NCBI GenBank assembly: GCA_051362555.1
Contig: CM120641.1
Location: 744,001 to 808,000, forward strand
Direction of reading: 5' to 3'
Length of the DNA stretch: 64,000 nt
From: Lingula anatina
Taxonomy: Eukaryota > Animalia > Brachiopoda
The notes under the pieces are model-generated. The model was not told where the DNA came from. It saw only the letters and a program-made list of their open reading frames with translations, and made no database searches. A program made the translations under genes and the position numbers. Below are positions 36,996 through 48,548 of the stretch, piece by piece; position 1 is the stretch's first letter; each line of letters begins with the position of its first letter.

Positions 36996-38303
36996 ATGAT
37001 GTCTTTTCATTTAAAATAGTGCTCAGTCCAATAGATTGCACATTCTGGGCATGAGAAATACATCAATTACATCTGGTTAAAAATAATTTTTAATGTCTTT
37101 GATGTTAAAATAATAATTTAAATGGATAAGAATGATTAAGAAATACAAAATTTAATTTTGACAACAGAAAAAGCAATGAACAGAAAATATTGCAGGACCT
37201 CGCTAGATTATAAGATAAAATGTTTTCCTAAAAGTCCACCAAATGACGTAGTACTGTATGAAACTTTAGAAAATTATATGTTTAATATTTTCCAAACAGA
37301 AGCAATTACAGGAAAAGTTTCTATAAAGGTACTTAAGGTCTGACCTATATATAGATACTAAGATACAGTATACTATGAGACTTAACAGATACGTACAACT
37401 ATTTGAAATAACAGTCAACTATATAACAACCTTCAACTTGAAGTAAAAAATTATCAAAATGTCACTGACATTCAACACAAAAATCTGAATAAACTAACTC
37501 ACAGTTTTAGTATAATATGTTGTTTTCTTTGAGGCATATGAAAAACTGAAGAAATTGAAATTAACTGTTAAGTCACTCTGCTGTGATGAGTTAGGGACAG
37601 CAGTTTCAATACTTGTAAATCGTAAAGTGGTAACTGAATTTTTTTTTTTAGCATTTCCAAGATATGAAACGTTAATAAAACACTGAACGGGTTTCAAGTA
37701 GCACCCCAATTCATTGTATAACTACATACATGAGAGATGCTGCCATTAAGAAAGCATGTGATATATTTAAACAGACAGTGAGATATCAGTTCTGCTTGGC
37801 ATGGCAATTAAACTGTAATGGTTAGAAAGGATAAACATACCCCTGTAGCTGGAGAGACGCTGGTTGGAATCATACAAAAATCAAAGAAATAAATTGCTGT
37901 GAAACATAAATGTTGAATATTTATCCTTTTCCAAAAATAATGAAAAAAAAAATAGGGGAGACATTACATCCCATTCACTGAAAAGAACCACAAGGATGCA
38001 TCTATCTTGGACATTAATGAAAAATGCCATTAAATTCAGCTCCAAGAGTTGTTTAACGCAGTTATGACTGCCATCTTTTAAATAACCTATCTGCATGCCA
38101 CAATGCATGTGTATTTTGGTTTAACGATATGCATGTTTGTGCACCTGCACAGAATCTTGAGAACCCTAACTACTCCAATACTTCCTTTGTTTTTCTGAAA
38201 GTTTGGAACAGACAGAATAACAGTAAAACCTTCATGTCCCAACAAAAAATTAAAGTCATCTTAAGAAATTGAGCTCCTTGGGGTAAATGCTCCTCCAAAC
38301 ACA

Positions 38304-38428
38304 TCAAGTTACGTCTTTGGTATCTGACGCCATCTTGTCAAACATGCCCTTGTACACCTGTTTCATTTTCTGGTCCTGTTTTGCAATTTCTCTCTCACAT
38401 AGCTGTAACTGATGCCTGATATTTGTAT
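38304..38428 (-). CDS. TTC9C: TTC9C-like TPR protein, exon 3 (DTNIRHQLQLCEREIAKQDQKMKQVYKGMFDKMASDTKDVT*)
   Basis: Acceptor ttttcag, phase 1, C-terminal YxGMF motif of the TTC9 family, TGA stop. Confidence 0.9.
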
Positions 38429-38592
38429 CTGAAAAATATTAAGCATATCACATTAACCCCAGGCTGACTGGAATACAAATTTTGATCTAGAAAATTTGGA
38501 CACATTGTAACCATTAATCTGACTTGAATGCTACAAACATAAATAAAGTTTGAAAAGGCTACGGTTGAGGTAAACCACTTTACTTACATATT

Positions 38593-38761
38593 ATCAAACA
38601 CAAACCAAAAAACTTTCATACAATAGCTTACGGCCAACCTAGACTTAGACCTTCATCAGATTGATGTCAGCAGATGTTGACACCTACTGATCGCTAGGTG
38701 GTATACATGTCCAGGTTGGCCGTAAGCTAAGGGTATGAAAGTATTTCGGCAGGTGTTTGAT
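38593..38761. repeat. Imperfect ~170-bp foldback (probable MITE) in TTC9C intron 2
   Basis: atcaaacac..actttcatac..tagcttacggccaacct pairs with aggttggccgtaagcta..gtatgaaagt..gtgtttgat. Confidence 0.8.
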
Positions 38762-39172
38762 GATTTTCATTTATGACCCAACTACCAAGCTAATGAACAT
38801 TTTTGCCCACTTAACTTACTATTACTATTATTACAATTATTTCTATTAGTTCTTTTACCATCATTATCACTAATATGGAAGCATTATGACTTAAATCTTT
38901 TGCCAATAACAGAACAGGCAGAGTTTTAATATGAATTCTGCAATCTACAATCTAATTTGTTTTTATACATCAGAATTTTGCAATCTCAAATTTAGTAATG
39001 AAGTAAATGGTGAAACTGGAAATGATTAAACAACATCTCACATCCTTCTGAAAAATAAATAAATGAATGGATAAATTAATTAATTAATTAATAAACTTAA
39101 AACAAAACATTGTGATAAATGAGTGTATGTAGTATGTGATGGTATTGTAGATATCAGGTGAACTATTCCAAC

Positions 39173-39361
39173 CTGTGTCTCCTCCTGGCAAGGAGCAAGC
39201 TCTGGAGAGCACCTGCATGGCACTGTCAAAGTTCTTCAGATGAAAGTAGGCAGTGCCTTGTCTGTACAGAGCCTTCACATTGTGTGGACTGGCCTCAAGA
39301 ACACTACTGCAATATTCCACAACTTTCTGAAAGTTTGGCTCAGGTTGCAGAAGAAGACAGG
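39173..39361 (-). CDS. TTC9C: TTC9C-like TPR protein, exon 2 (ACLLLQPEPNFQKVVEYC...NVKALYRQGTAYFHL...)
   Basis: 189 bp, phase 1-1, canonical splice sites, TPR motif KALYRxG. Confidence 0.92.
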
Positions 39362-39462
39362 CTGGAAAAGGGTATTTTATTTATCATATATATTAAGCAA
39401 CTGTGGTTCAATATTTTGATTCCATATAAAATTTCTATTGTTGTTTCTGAAAATGTTTAATT

Positions 39463-39469
39463 ACACACT

Positions 39470-39516
<47 letters not shown>

Positions 39517-39520
39517 ACAC
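39463..39520. repeat. (AC)n microsatellite
   Basis: Seen directly. Confidence 0.95.
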
Positions 39521-39939
39521 AATACAGTGGAAATAATATATTAATGCAGATCATGTGCCAAAATACATGTAGCTATATCTGCCAAAATAAGTGCTGTATG
39601 GTGATTAACAATAACAAGAATGAAAAGCAAATTTAGACTTTGTTCAGCAAAAGCTCTGTTTCAAAACATATAAATAAATCTAGATAAAGTCTTAATGGGG
39701 TTGTAAAAAATGAGGGGTGTTATGACAATGGTTTACATATCTTACCAGTACACTCAGTCATACTGTACAAGCCATGGTGTTTCTCAAAATTTTATTTAAA
39801 GTTCAAGTATTCATTTCAGTGTCATTTTATTTGGCAGTTATCAGTACAATACACATCTGAAATATACTGAGTATCCACTATTATTCTGACAGGATGTTTC
39901 GGCGGGACACATATAATTGAACTGAAATTGGTGTGAGTG

Positions 39940-39942
<3 letters not shown>

Positions 39943-40000
<58 letters not shown>
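39943..40000. repeat. (GA)n microsatellite next to the TTC9C intron 1 donor
   Basis: Seen directly, about 29 units. Confidence 0.97.
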
Positions 40001-40003
<3 letters not shown>

Positions 40004-40005
40004 AC

Positions 40006-40276
40006 CGGCCAAATTATTGTAACAATCACTTTTCAGCTTCGTCACTTCTTCCTGTACCTCTGGAGGTAAAATAGGTTCTTGCTCTCCCGTTAGCTGCGAA
40101 AATGGATTACTTGCCCCAACACCTTTCAGATACAGCAACGCTTTGTGATAATTACGAATGGCGTTTTTGTAATTTTTCTTCTTGTACTGTTCATTGCCTT
40201 CATTTTTGAATGACTTTGCTTGATTCAGTTTATCAGCTGTATTGTTCTGATCTTCTACTTTTGCAGACGCCATCAT
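40006..40276 (-). CDS. TTC9C: TTC9C-like TPR protein, exon 1 (MMASAK...FKNEGNEQYKKKNYKNAIRNYHKALLYLKG...DCYNNLA)
   Basis: Family motifs and donor G|gtagg. The three exons join to 585 nt (194 aa). Confidence 0.92.
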
Positions 40277-40354
40277 CAAGAAATTTTCTTCTGTGCAAAC
40301 AATAAAAAACTAATAATATAAATGAAATATAGTCATGTTTCCATAAAACATGGG

Positions 40355-40415
40355 GGCTGCCATATTTTTGGTCACATGACAAGCATGTGACTTGATTGAC
40401 GCACACCTGGCGCAA
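40355..40415 (-). promoter_or_regulatory. TTC9C proximal promoter motifs
   Basis: YY1-like gctgccatattt, and inverted E-box pair gtcacatg-acaag-catgtgac (40371-40391), ~100 bp upstream of the ATG. Confidence 0.45.
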
Positions 40416-43400
40416 TCAACACAGTAACGACAAAAAGTATTTTCCAATGCATGTCATTGTTTCCAACATTTCATGAGTTACAGACGCATGCTCTATTAGG
40501 ACACAAAAATCTTCTGGGAGTGTATGTCAGTGATCTTTTGTGAAAAAGAAAAGGTGTTTATCTAGGACCATTAAACTAATTCCTAAACTATTTTAAAGTA
40601 AGTAAGTAAATATATGGTGGTAAGGAATATAAGAATAAAATTGCCCAGGGCTTTCATATTTTATCGTATAAACATATGTATGGATTTGTCAGAGTAGTTT
40701 TTAGAATGTAATTATTCATTTTAAAGTTAGATATGACAGATATTATTTATATTGTTTATTCGTTTATTTTGACGCTACTAAATTTTTCGTTATCGGTAAC
40801 GTTCTGGTTTCTTCAGTCACGTGCTGAGATTACATGTACAGTACTCAGTGATGCTGACAGGGAATTTTGATGACACTAAGTTTGGGGTCTTTCAGCCAAG
40901 GAAGATTTTACTCCCTGCTATATGATCCACGTAATTTGCATTTTTTTTTTTTTTTTTTTTACTTATTGTGCCACTCCATGGGATTTGCCCGCCCAAAATG
41001 AATTTCTCTCAAGGCTTTGAACCCTGCCCCACCGTCATATTCATGTCCTGTAAGGCTGTTACATTTCCCAATTGAGACTCTTAAGATAATGAAACCCTTT
41101 AAAGAATTAATCTGAAATGTTTTTGTGTCGTTATAATCTTCTTATCCTCAGGTAGTCATTGCCGGCTTGCAACATGTGTATTATGCATTGCACAGGGCCA
41201 TGATACCCCCCCCCTTTTTTATGAAAATGAGACAGTTGTGACTGTCCAGTCATTTAAAACTTAAATATTAAAATAAAATTGGAATAAAACATCGAATCCA
41301 AGTGCAGAGCCAGGTCAGGCAATAATTTGAGTGTAGGTGAAAAATTTTGTTATTCCTCTTTACCCTGAGAAAATTCATTTCCCATGGAGTGTTCCTTTAA
41401 AGTTTTTATATCCACCAAATTAGAAAATAAAAATAAAACACCAAATCCAAGGGAGAATCAAACAGTGATGCATGAGAAAGAGAAAATTGCTATTTTCTTA
41501 AGGAAAATGTGATGTGGTTGCCATGGAAGAAGAGGGGCTAGGTGCTCAGCAGATATTCTTTAACATAATTATTTTTATTCTTTATATAAATTATATATAA
41601 TTATTAGAAATGTACTTTTTCCAATTAAGCCCATAAGGATTCTTTTTCTTAATTTTCCAGCATCTATAGATGAGCGCCCATGCAGTCAGTAGATGTCACT
41701 GCTTGTATTGCAGGCCTTAGGCAGCTGCCAACAGCATTTCTCAGAATACAGCCCTGGTCCTGCTGTGTCAGCGGAGTTGGAGAGATGATTTGTGTGTTGA
41801 GGGAGGCTGATTGCAATACATCACTTCCAGCTTCAGTTGGTAGTGGTGTGGGCTCTGCAAATGTGCCCAGCAATGAGGTCACTACATTGTCACAACCAGA
41901 CACAATGGACAGAGGGACATCTACTGCAATTGTTATGGAAATTTGAACAAAATGTGTCTTATCTTTTCTTGACAAATTTAACAATGGTAGTATGGACTTA
42001 TAATTATAAATGACACATTTATGCACATTTTTATTCATATATTTTAGTATTTTCTTTTTATTTGGGGTCTAATTGTAAAAAAAAATATTAAGCTAAGTGT
42101 GCGCTTTATTTATTCAATAATATTTATAACATTGATTTTATTTAAACCTGAAGCTACATGCCCAAACTTGCCATCAGAAACAAGTCCAGTCTTGAAGACC
42201 CAGATAAAAGGTGGAATGGAGAACTGCTCCCTCAAAGATGTGTGTTCCGCCCTCTGGTAAGTCATCTTTTTGATTAAGTTGTGATCCCAATTTTATGAAA
42301 TTATCTTCATGTTTAATAAGTTAAGTAACATGCATATTTGTTTGGGGTTTCAGTTAAATGACCCTGGGGTAAAATTTTCACTATCCTTATGAAGGGTTTA
42401 GTAATCAAGTCTATCTGTTCACAGACATTAATATATGTCATAATCATATTTGATTTAATTCTGATTGGTTTGTATTGCACTTCAGAACAGCAATATAATG
42501 CCAACTGTACAATCTTTGAACTTACAGTGGTGATTTCTATGTTCACACTAAATTTTGTGTCCTAATCTTTACCAGGGACAACATACAAGATCATCGATTG
42601 CTGTCTTTTAATCTCTCAAGTGCAATTAATTGAAAAAAATTCTTTAAGACTATTCAATGGAAGCACCATTAAAGAGATAAGAATTCTGTGTTTTGGCAGG
42701 AAAAGTGCCATTAAACAGATTTTCCTGGAGTAAATGATGATGTTGCACCTATACATGTAACCAGTAGTTGATAAATGCATTCTAACATTCAAAGTCTTTT
42801 TTTCTGTATTAAATATCTCTTAAGAGATTATTACGGAAGGTATCTATCTACTCCATGTGGTTGTTGTTGTTTACCCCAGAAAAATATTTTTTGTGACATT
42901 TTTCCCTGCCAAAATGAACAGTTGTTATCCCTTTAATTAATGAGAAACTAGCATTATTAAAGGGTCAGTCCCCAGTATGTGCAATGTGTCCCAGAAACAA
43001 ATCATGATAATACCCTCATTACCTCCCCCACAGTGATGCTCCCCCACGCCATTACTGCTACTCTACCTTGTCATTTTTAAATGATTAGCAAATTTTGTCA
43101 CATTTGGGCCCTGGTAATTACAGAAAGGTTTCCATATTAAGAATTTGTTATATGTCACATTTTTACCAGTGGGAGTAACGATGTGGGCGGAGAAAGAGTG
43201 GGGGTGAAATGATGCACTTGGAATGCCTGAACACAATTTTTTACCAGTCCTTGTAAGATTTGAGATTAGTAACGACTGGTAGAACAGACAATTTCAGCTT
43301 GTCTAGCTGTCATCCCTTCCCTTCTGTAATTACAACAATGACAACATAATTAAGGGAGAATTCTTAGTATGGTATACTAACATTAAAGATGGTAACAGAT

Positions 43401-46400
43401 GAATTTTTAACTTATGTTTCACTTACATGACGTTTAATATGTGTACTTAAAAACATCTCAAATTTTCAAAAAAAGACAGCTGTTTCACTGTAAGATTTTC
43501 TTTTCAGGACGACCATAGACAAAGTTGTCTGCTCTAAATATATAATAAATTTTCCCACTAACAGATTGTAATGACTTAACCTTAATTTAATGACATTATG
43601 CTACACATCCTGTCAATCAGAGAGAATTAATATGTATCTATGTGTGTGTGTCACATTTATGGTTTCTGTTATATGTTTATACACTGTTTGTAGGATAGAC
43701 TTTGGGCTTATATAAAGTTCTGTTTGGAACTAAAATAATATGAGATTTTAACATGAATAGATGGTTCCTAACTTGGGATAAAAATTAAAGGTGCAGAGGA
43801 CCCCTGTCTGATTCGATTGTCTTAAAGCCAGCAAGACTATTTTCTTAAACATGAGAATGACAATACTTTTAAGGTCACCCAACAGAAAAGATAATTTTAT
43901 AAAATCCAGCTTCGAAGATTTTTGAAGAAAGTCGTGGCAGGTTAAACGGAGATTTCTGTATGCTTCAGGTGTGAGTAGAAAGGACTTTCTTATCTGCCCA
44001 CAAACTAACAAAAGAAATATTTTTGTAAAAAATATGTCAGCAACAGGTTTCCCTGCTGTTTTAATGAAAAGTCAACAATTTTCATGTAGAGGCCATGACA
44101 GGTTCAGGATTTTCCACGGTATCGATAATCTCCAGACGCAGTATTTGGTGTCACTTGTTGGAGTTGGATTCCCTTCTGCTGAGAAAACTAGACTGTGTGT
44201 GTGACATGGGTGTCCTCAGCAGATGGAGGAGAAAGGCTGGTGACATCTGTTTGGTGACAACCCTTGCTTAGTTCGATTTAACAGGCTTAACTTGCTCTAT
44301 ATTTAAGTAATGTGTTTTTTTTTTTTGTATAATATATGACTTATAAATTACTTTCAAGTAAAGAAAAAAAAATACTTGCATTTCATGACCTCTCTCTCTC
44401 TTTTAATTTTTTTTCTGTAAAATTTTGATGATTTTGATGAAAAGTTCGTTGAAAATATTTGGAAGTGTATGCGAAGAGGGCAGGTTATTTGAAACTTAAA
44501 ACTAGAAAAAGATTGATCACTTCAGTCACAAAGAACAAAAAAAGTCTTTTTTCATTGAACAACTAGATAGTGTTGTCCTTGTGATCTCTGATGGAGAAAA
44601 TACTATCTTTGGGGACATTTCATTTCTGCATTCCTGTTGGTAAAATTTATGTATAAGCATGCCTTCTTTTCTTGATGACAACTTTAAAAAGGGACCTCAT
44701 ATCTGTTGTAGGGTATCATTGATTCATGTTTAGAAAATACACAAAGTTGGTGTATATTTTCAATGTAAAATTTTAATTGATTAACTTGTTTAAATGATTA
44801 TGGCCAAATGAAACTTCTTACCTGGGGAGCATACTTAAGTAGTAAACTAAGTATTTAAAAACCAATTTCACTTTCCTTTTTCTCTTGTCAATTTTTAGTT
44901 TCAGTTCATAAGAACTAAAATTTAGATAAACATGAAGTTTTCAGGATTTTTTCCAGAAAATTGGAAATATTCAGCCAAAATTGTTATTACCAATTCTATA
45001 TAAAAAGTACTAACAGTTTAGCACTGATAGCCTTTTTAAAATACACTGTAACTTAGATTATAGAAAAGAGAAACTTTGGAATAAAGTGCAATTAATAGAT
45101 CTTAAGGTAGAAGAATCTGCCTAAATATCCGTGTGTTCTAAATAATATATCAACTTTAATCATCAGATTTACATGTAATTGGACAGCTAAGGTTTTGTAA
45201 TGTCTATCTTATATAAAATGCAAATTAAGACTTTATCCCCACTTATCCCCTTATCCCCCTTATATCCCACTTATCCCCCTTATATTTCTTGAATTAATTG
45301 ATCAGCAAGATCACAAAGTGATAACAATTAAGCTGGGTGATGTCACCAAGCTATCACCAAGATGTCACCAAGCGTCTTCTTTTCAGAAAACAGTTTTGCT
45401 AAAACTGTGGTAAATACTCTCTGACACCTGACTAATTATTACAGGTAAATCTTGAAGATTTCATGATTAAAGGGCTACGGACTTGGCACCTTCCAAATGT
45501 GACACAAACTATGAAGCAATTAAAGCTCTGTACATGACTGATGGGTAATTACTACTGACCAGCTGATTAGGCAGTTAAGACCACAGCTTGGTCAAAAACA
45601 TACCAGTTATTTACATGTAGTAGTAGTTTGAAATCTTTTCTGACACTTCTGTCTTCAAGATATCATTGAATAGAAAATGATATTGACTTTTTGCTATCAG
45701 GTCTTGATCATCATCAAATCAGGTCTTGATATACTGAGTATGTAGTGTTTTTAGCTTCTGGGACTATTAACCAATGAAAAGTAAGCACCTTTTAAAACCA
45801 AAAGTTGGTCCATTTGGTGGTGTCAGAATAAATGTAATAAGTCTTGGAGGATAAGGTGTATTTGTGTCATTGGATATTTCTGAAAAATTCTGAAATGGCT
45901 AAATTTACTTGTAAGTTTTGTCAATAATATTAGATTGCAAAATTTCTAAAGTTATCAAAAAGTATAAAATATTATAAGTTTTTGACAAAAAATAATTTAC
46001 AATATGGATAAAAGCACATTTTGTAATGGTTTGATGATCATAATACAACTGAGCATATTTATAAAGAAAAAAAACGACTTACAGAATTTTAATATTATAT
46101 ATCCTGTTAACATGAACACATTTTCTATGGTTTTATTTCCATAAACACCCCCTTCCAATAGAAACACATTTTACCTGTAATTCTTTTTGTCTGAGGGAAC
46201 ATTTATTGAATTGAAAATGACTGAAGACAAAGAAACAGATCATTATTGCACCTATTTGTATAAAAATAAATGACTTGGGGCCCAATGCATTCTTGTATGC
46301 AATTATATAATTTGAGGTTTTTAATGAAAGGCTTTAAAAAGGGGTAATTTTCCTAGTGGGATGAACAGTTACAGTGTGCATCTTTTCAGTAGTTAACTGA

Positions 46401-48328
46401 CTCGTCAGGCCAGAACTGGTTTTCACAAGGACCTGCTCTTAACAGCCCCTCCTTTCAATATCGTAATTAGTAAGATCAAAATTATAGGGGAAATGTAATA
46501 TTATTCCATCTCAGCAGTTTATGAGTTTCAGGTGACAGTTGCTTAATTTTCAGCTGTTAATTAAGGGTATGTGCAGAACATTATTTCATGTTGAACTTTC
46601 CACTTCATGTACCTGGGCAGAACATAAGAAATGTTTTTAATTTGTTTGTGTTTTTATTTTGTATGTTTAAGTTTAATCTTAGAAGGGGTCCTTCATTTAA
46701 AATCCATTTACCTCAGAAATTTAGTAAACCTGATTTGTTCTCTTTTATAGAAAACTACTCTTTTAATTTGAAAATGTCAGTTACATGAAACCTACAACAC
46801 CAAGTTAAAATCTGCAGACCAAAATACTTTTATTTATCTTTTCATTAGGCAAAGGGTTGGTAAAACAAATAATTATGTGTTTGACTTGGGCAAATCTTCT
46901 CTTCATATTCTTGTCATGCATACTGGACAAGGCAAATTGGATCTGCACTTCTTTGCAGGACAAAAAACATCTTCATACCTCAACTCATAAAATATAGACA
47001 AATCAAGCCAAATGTACTGGAGTTGTGACTCTTTCTTTACTGCCAAACCTCTTTTGTTCAATTAAGTATTCAAGTATGCCCAATCAAATACCTATCCATC
47101 CACTAGGAGTGAAAGCATCCAAAATGATTGAATAAAACCATGCAGAGTCAGTGGTAGAAAACTCTGAGGCTCTTCATGAATATGGATTAATGTTCATTAA
47201 AGCTTCGCAGCAGCTTAAAACCTTTAAAGTGAACCTGGTACACCTTTATGCTAAAGTTGGAAGAAAATAAGAATAAGCACAGGTCTACCTGGTGCAGCTT
47301 GTTTGTATTGTTATCGCTGTGTTATCAGTTAAGAAAAGGAAGGTAGTGTTAAAGAGGTGCAGCAAGCTGAGGAGCAACCAAGCGTGTCCCCTCCCCACAG
47401 CTATGCCATCCCCTGGGGACGTATTAGCTAGGTGACAGGATCTGACAGAAGGTGACGCTATTAGTGGAAGGTACCATGTGACGGGGACAGTTAACAACAG
47501 ACCAGGGAACAGACCAGAGGGACAGCAGTTGAGCTAGAGAGATAGGAAAACTGCTGTGAGTGTACTTTAACTCAGTGGAAGATAGAGTTACTCTGGAGAT
47601 GGAGAAAGAAAGGACATATTAGAAGAAGGATCCCAGAAAACATGCTGTAAAATCTATTAGAAAAAATTATTGGAAGTTTTGAGCTGAAATATTTTAAAGG
47701 ACAGATTACATTAGAGCTTTATTTTTTTTCTTGGACATTGAGATCTGTGGAGAAAAAAAAAGACAGAACCATGAAGCACAGTAACCTTGTTTACAGGAAA
47801 GTCTGAGATAAAAAAAGTTGTCATCCTTCATAACCCAATTCCCAGCTATTCCCAGGATTAAGGCTGTGCTAGGATTGGTGACAGCTGTTGAGATCTGAGG
47901 TGATTGTATCAAGGTGTCACCAACAGATACCTCAGTACAGCCAGGCTACCCAGGCAAAGTGACAGATTGAGCCCACCTTGAAAAAACGGCTGCTAAAACC
48001 TCAGGATCCATCCTCTGCACCTGGAAGTCCAGTGCCACCAGCCCCATTAACAGCCACTGATTGGACGACAGTGGCTCGATATGATCATAAAATTCTAATT
48101 ATCACCAGAGCAGTCGGAGGGGAATAGCCGTTCCGCAAATCTTGAGATTATTGTTATTGGCACCATGTAGTTGATGTGTTTTATGGAAGACATACAATTG
48201 TGAGGACACGTTGGAAGTGACATTTCTAAGAATTTGTTTTCATGTCTTAGAATGGGGGGAATTTCTGAAAACTAGAATTAAGAACACTGTGTCATTTTTG
48301 TAAGAAAGCAGGAGACAAGACGGACAAG

Positions 48329-48548
48329 ATGGCAGCAGTTTGTAAATTTGTCATGTGTAAAAGTCTGTCAGTATCACTGTGTGTTTTTCTATCTTTACTA
48401 ACAGTGGGAAGTAGTGGTTGTGATTTTGACTCTGACTGCGGATGGGAGAGTCCTCGTACTGTCAATGGAGAGGATGGCTTCAAAATCGTGGTGGCCAGCC
48501 ACCATAAGCATGGACCACACTTGGATCACACGAAAAACACGCGTCGAG
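48329..48548 (+). CDS. MAM-domain receptor (probable ALK/LTK-like RTK), exon 1: signal peptide + start of MAM (CDFDSDCGW...GPHLDHT)
   Basis: caagATGG start context, hydrophobic leader, MAM motifs CDF..C.W and GP..DHT, donor G|gtaggt in phase 1. Confidence 0.85.

Noticed and set aside
39881-40005. SLSLSL C-terminal extension of the TPR ORF
   Set aside because: Read-through into the intronic (CT)n tract past the donor at 40005.
47495-47530. RE1/REST-like motif upstream of the MAM gene
   Set aside because: Only the ggacagc half matches, and REST is not expected in a non-chordate.
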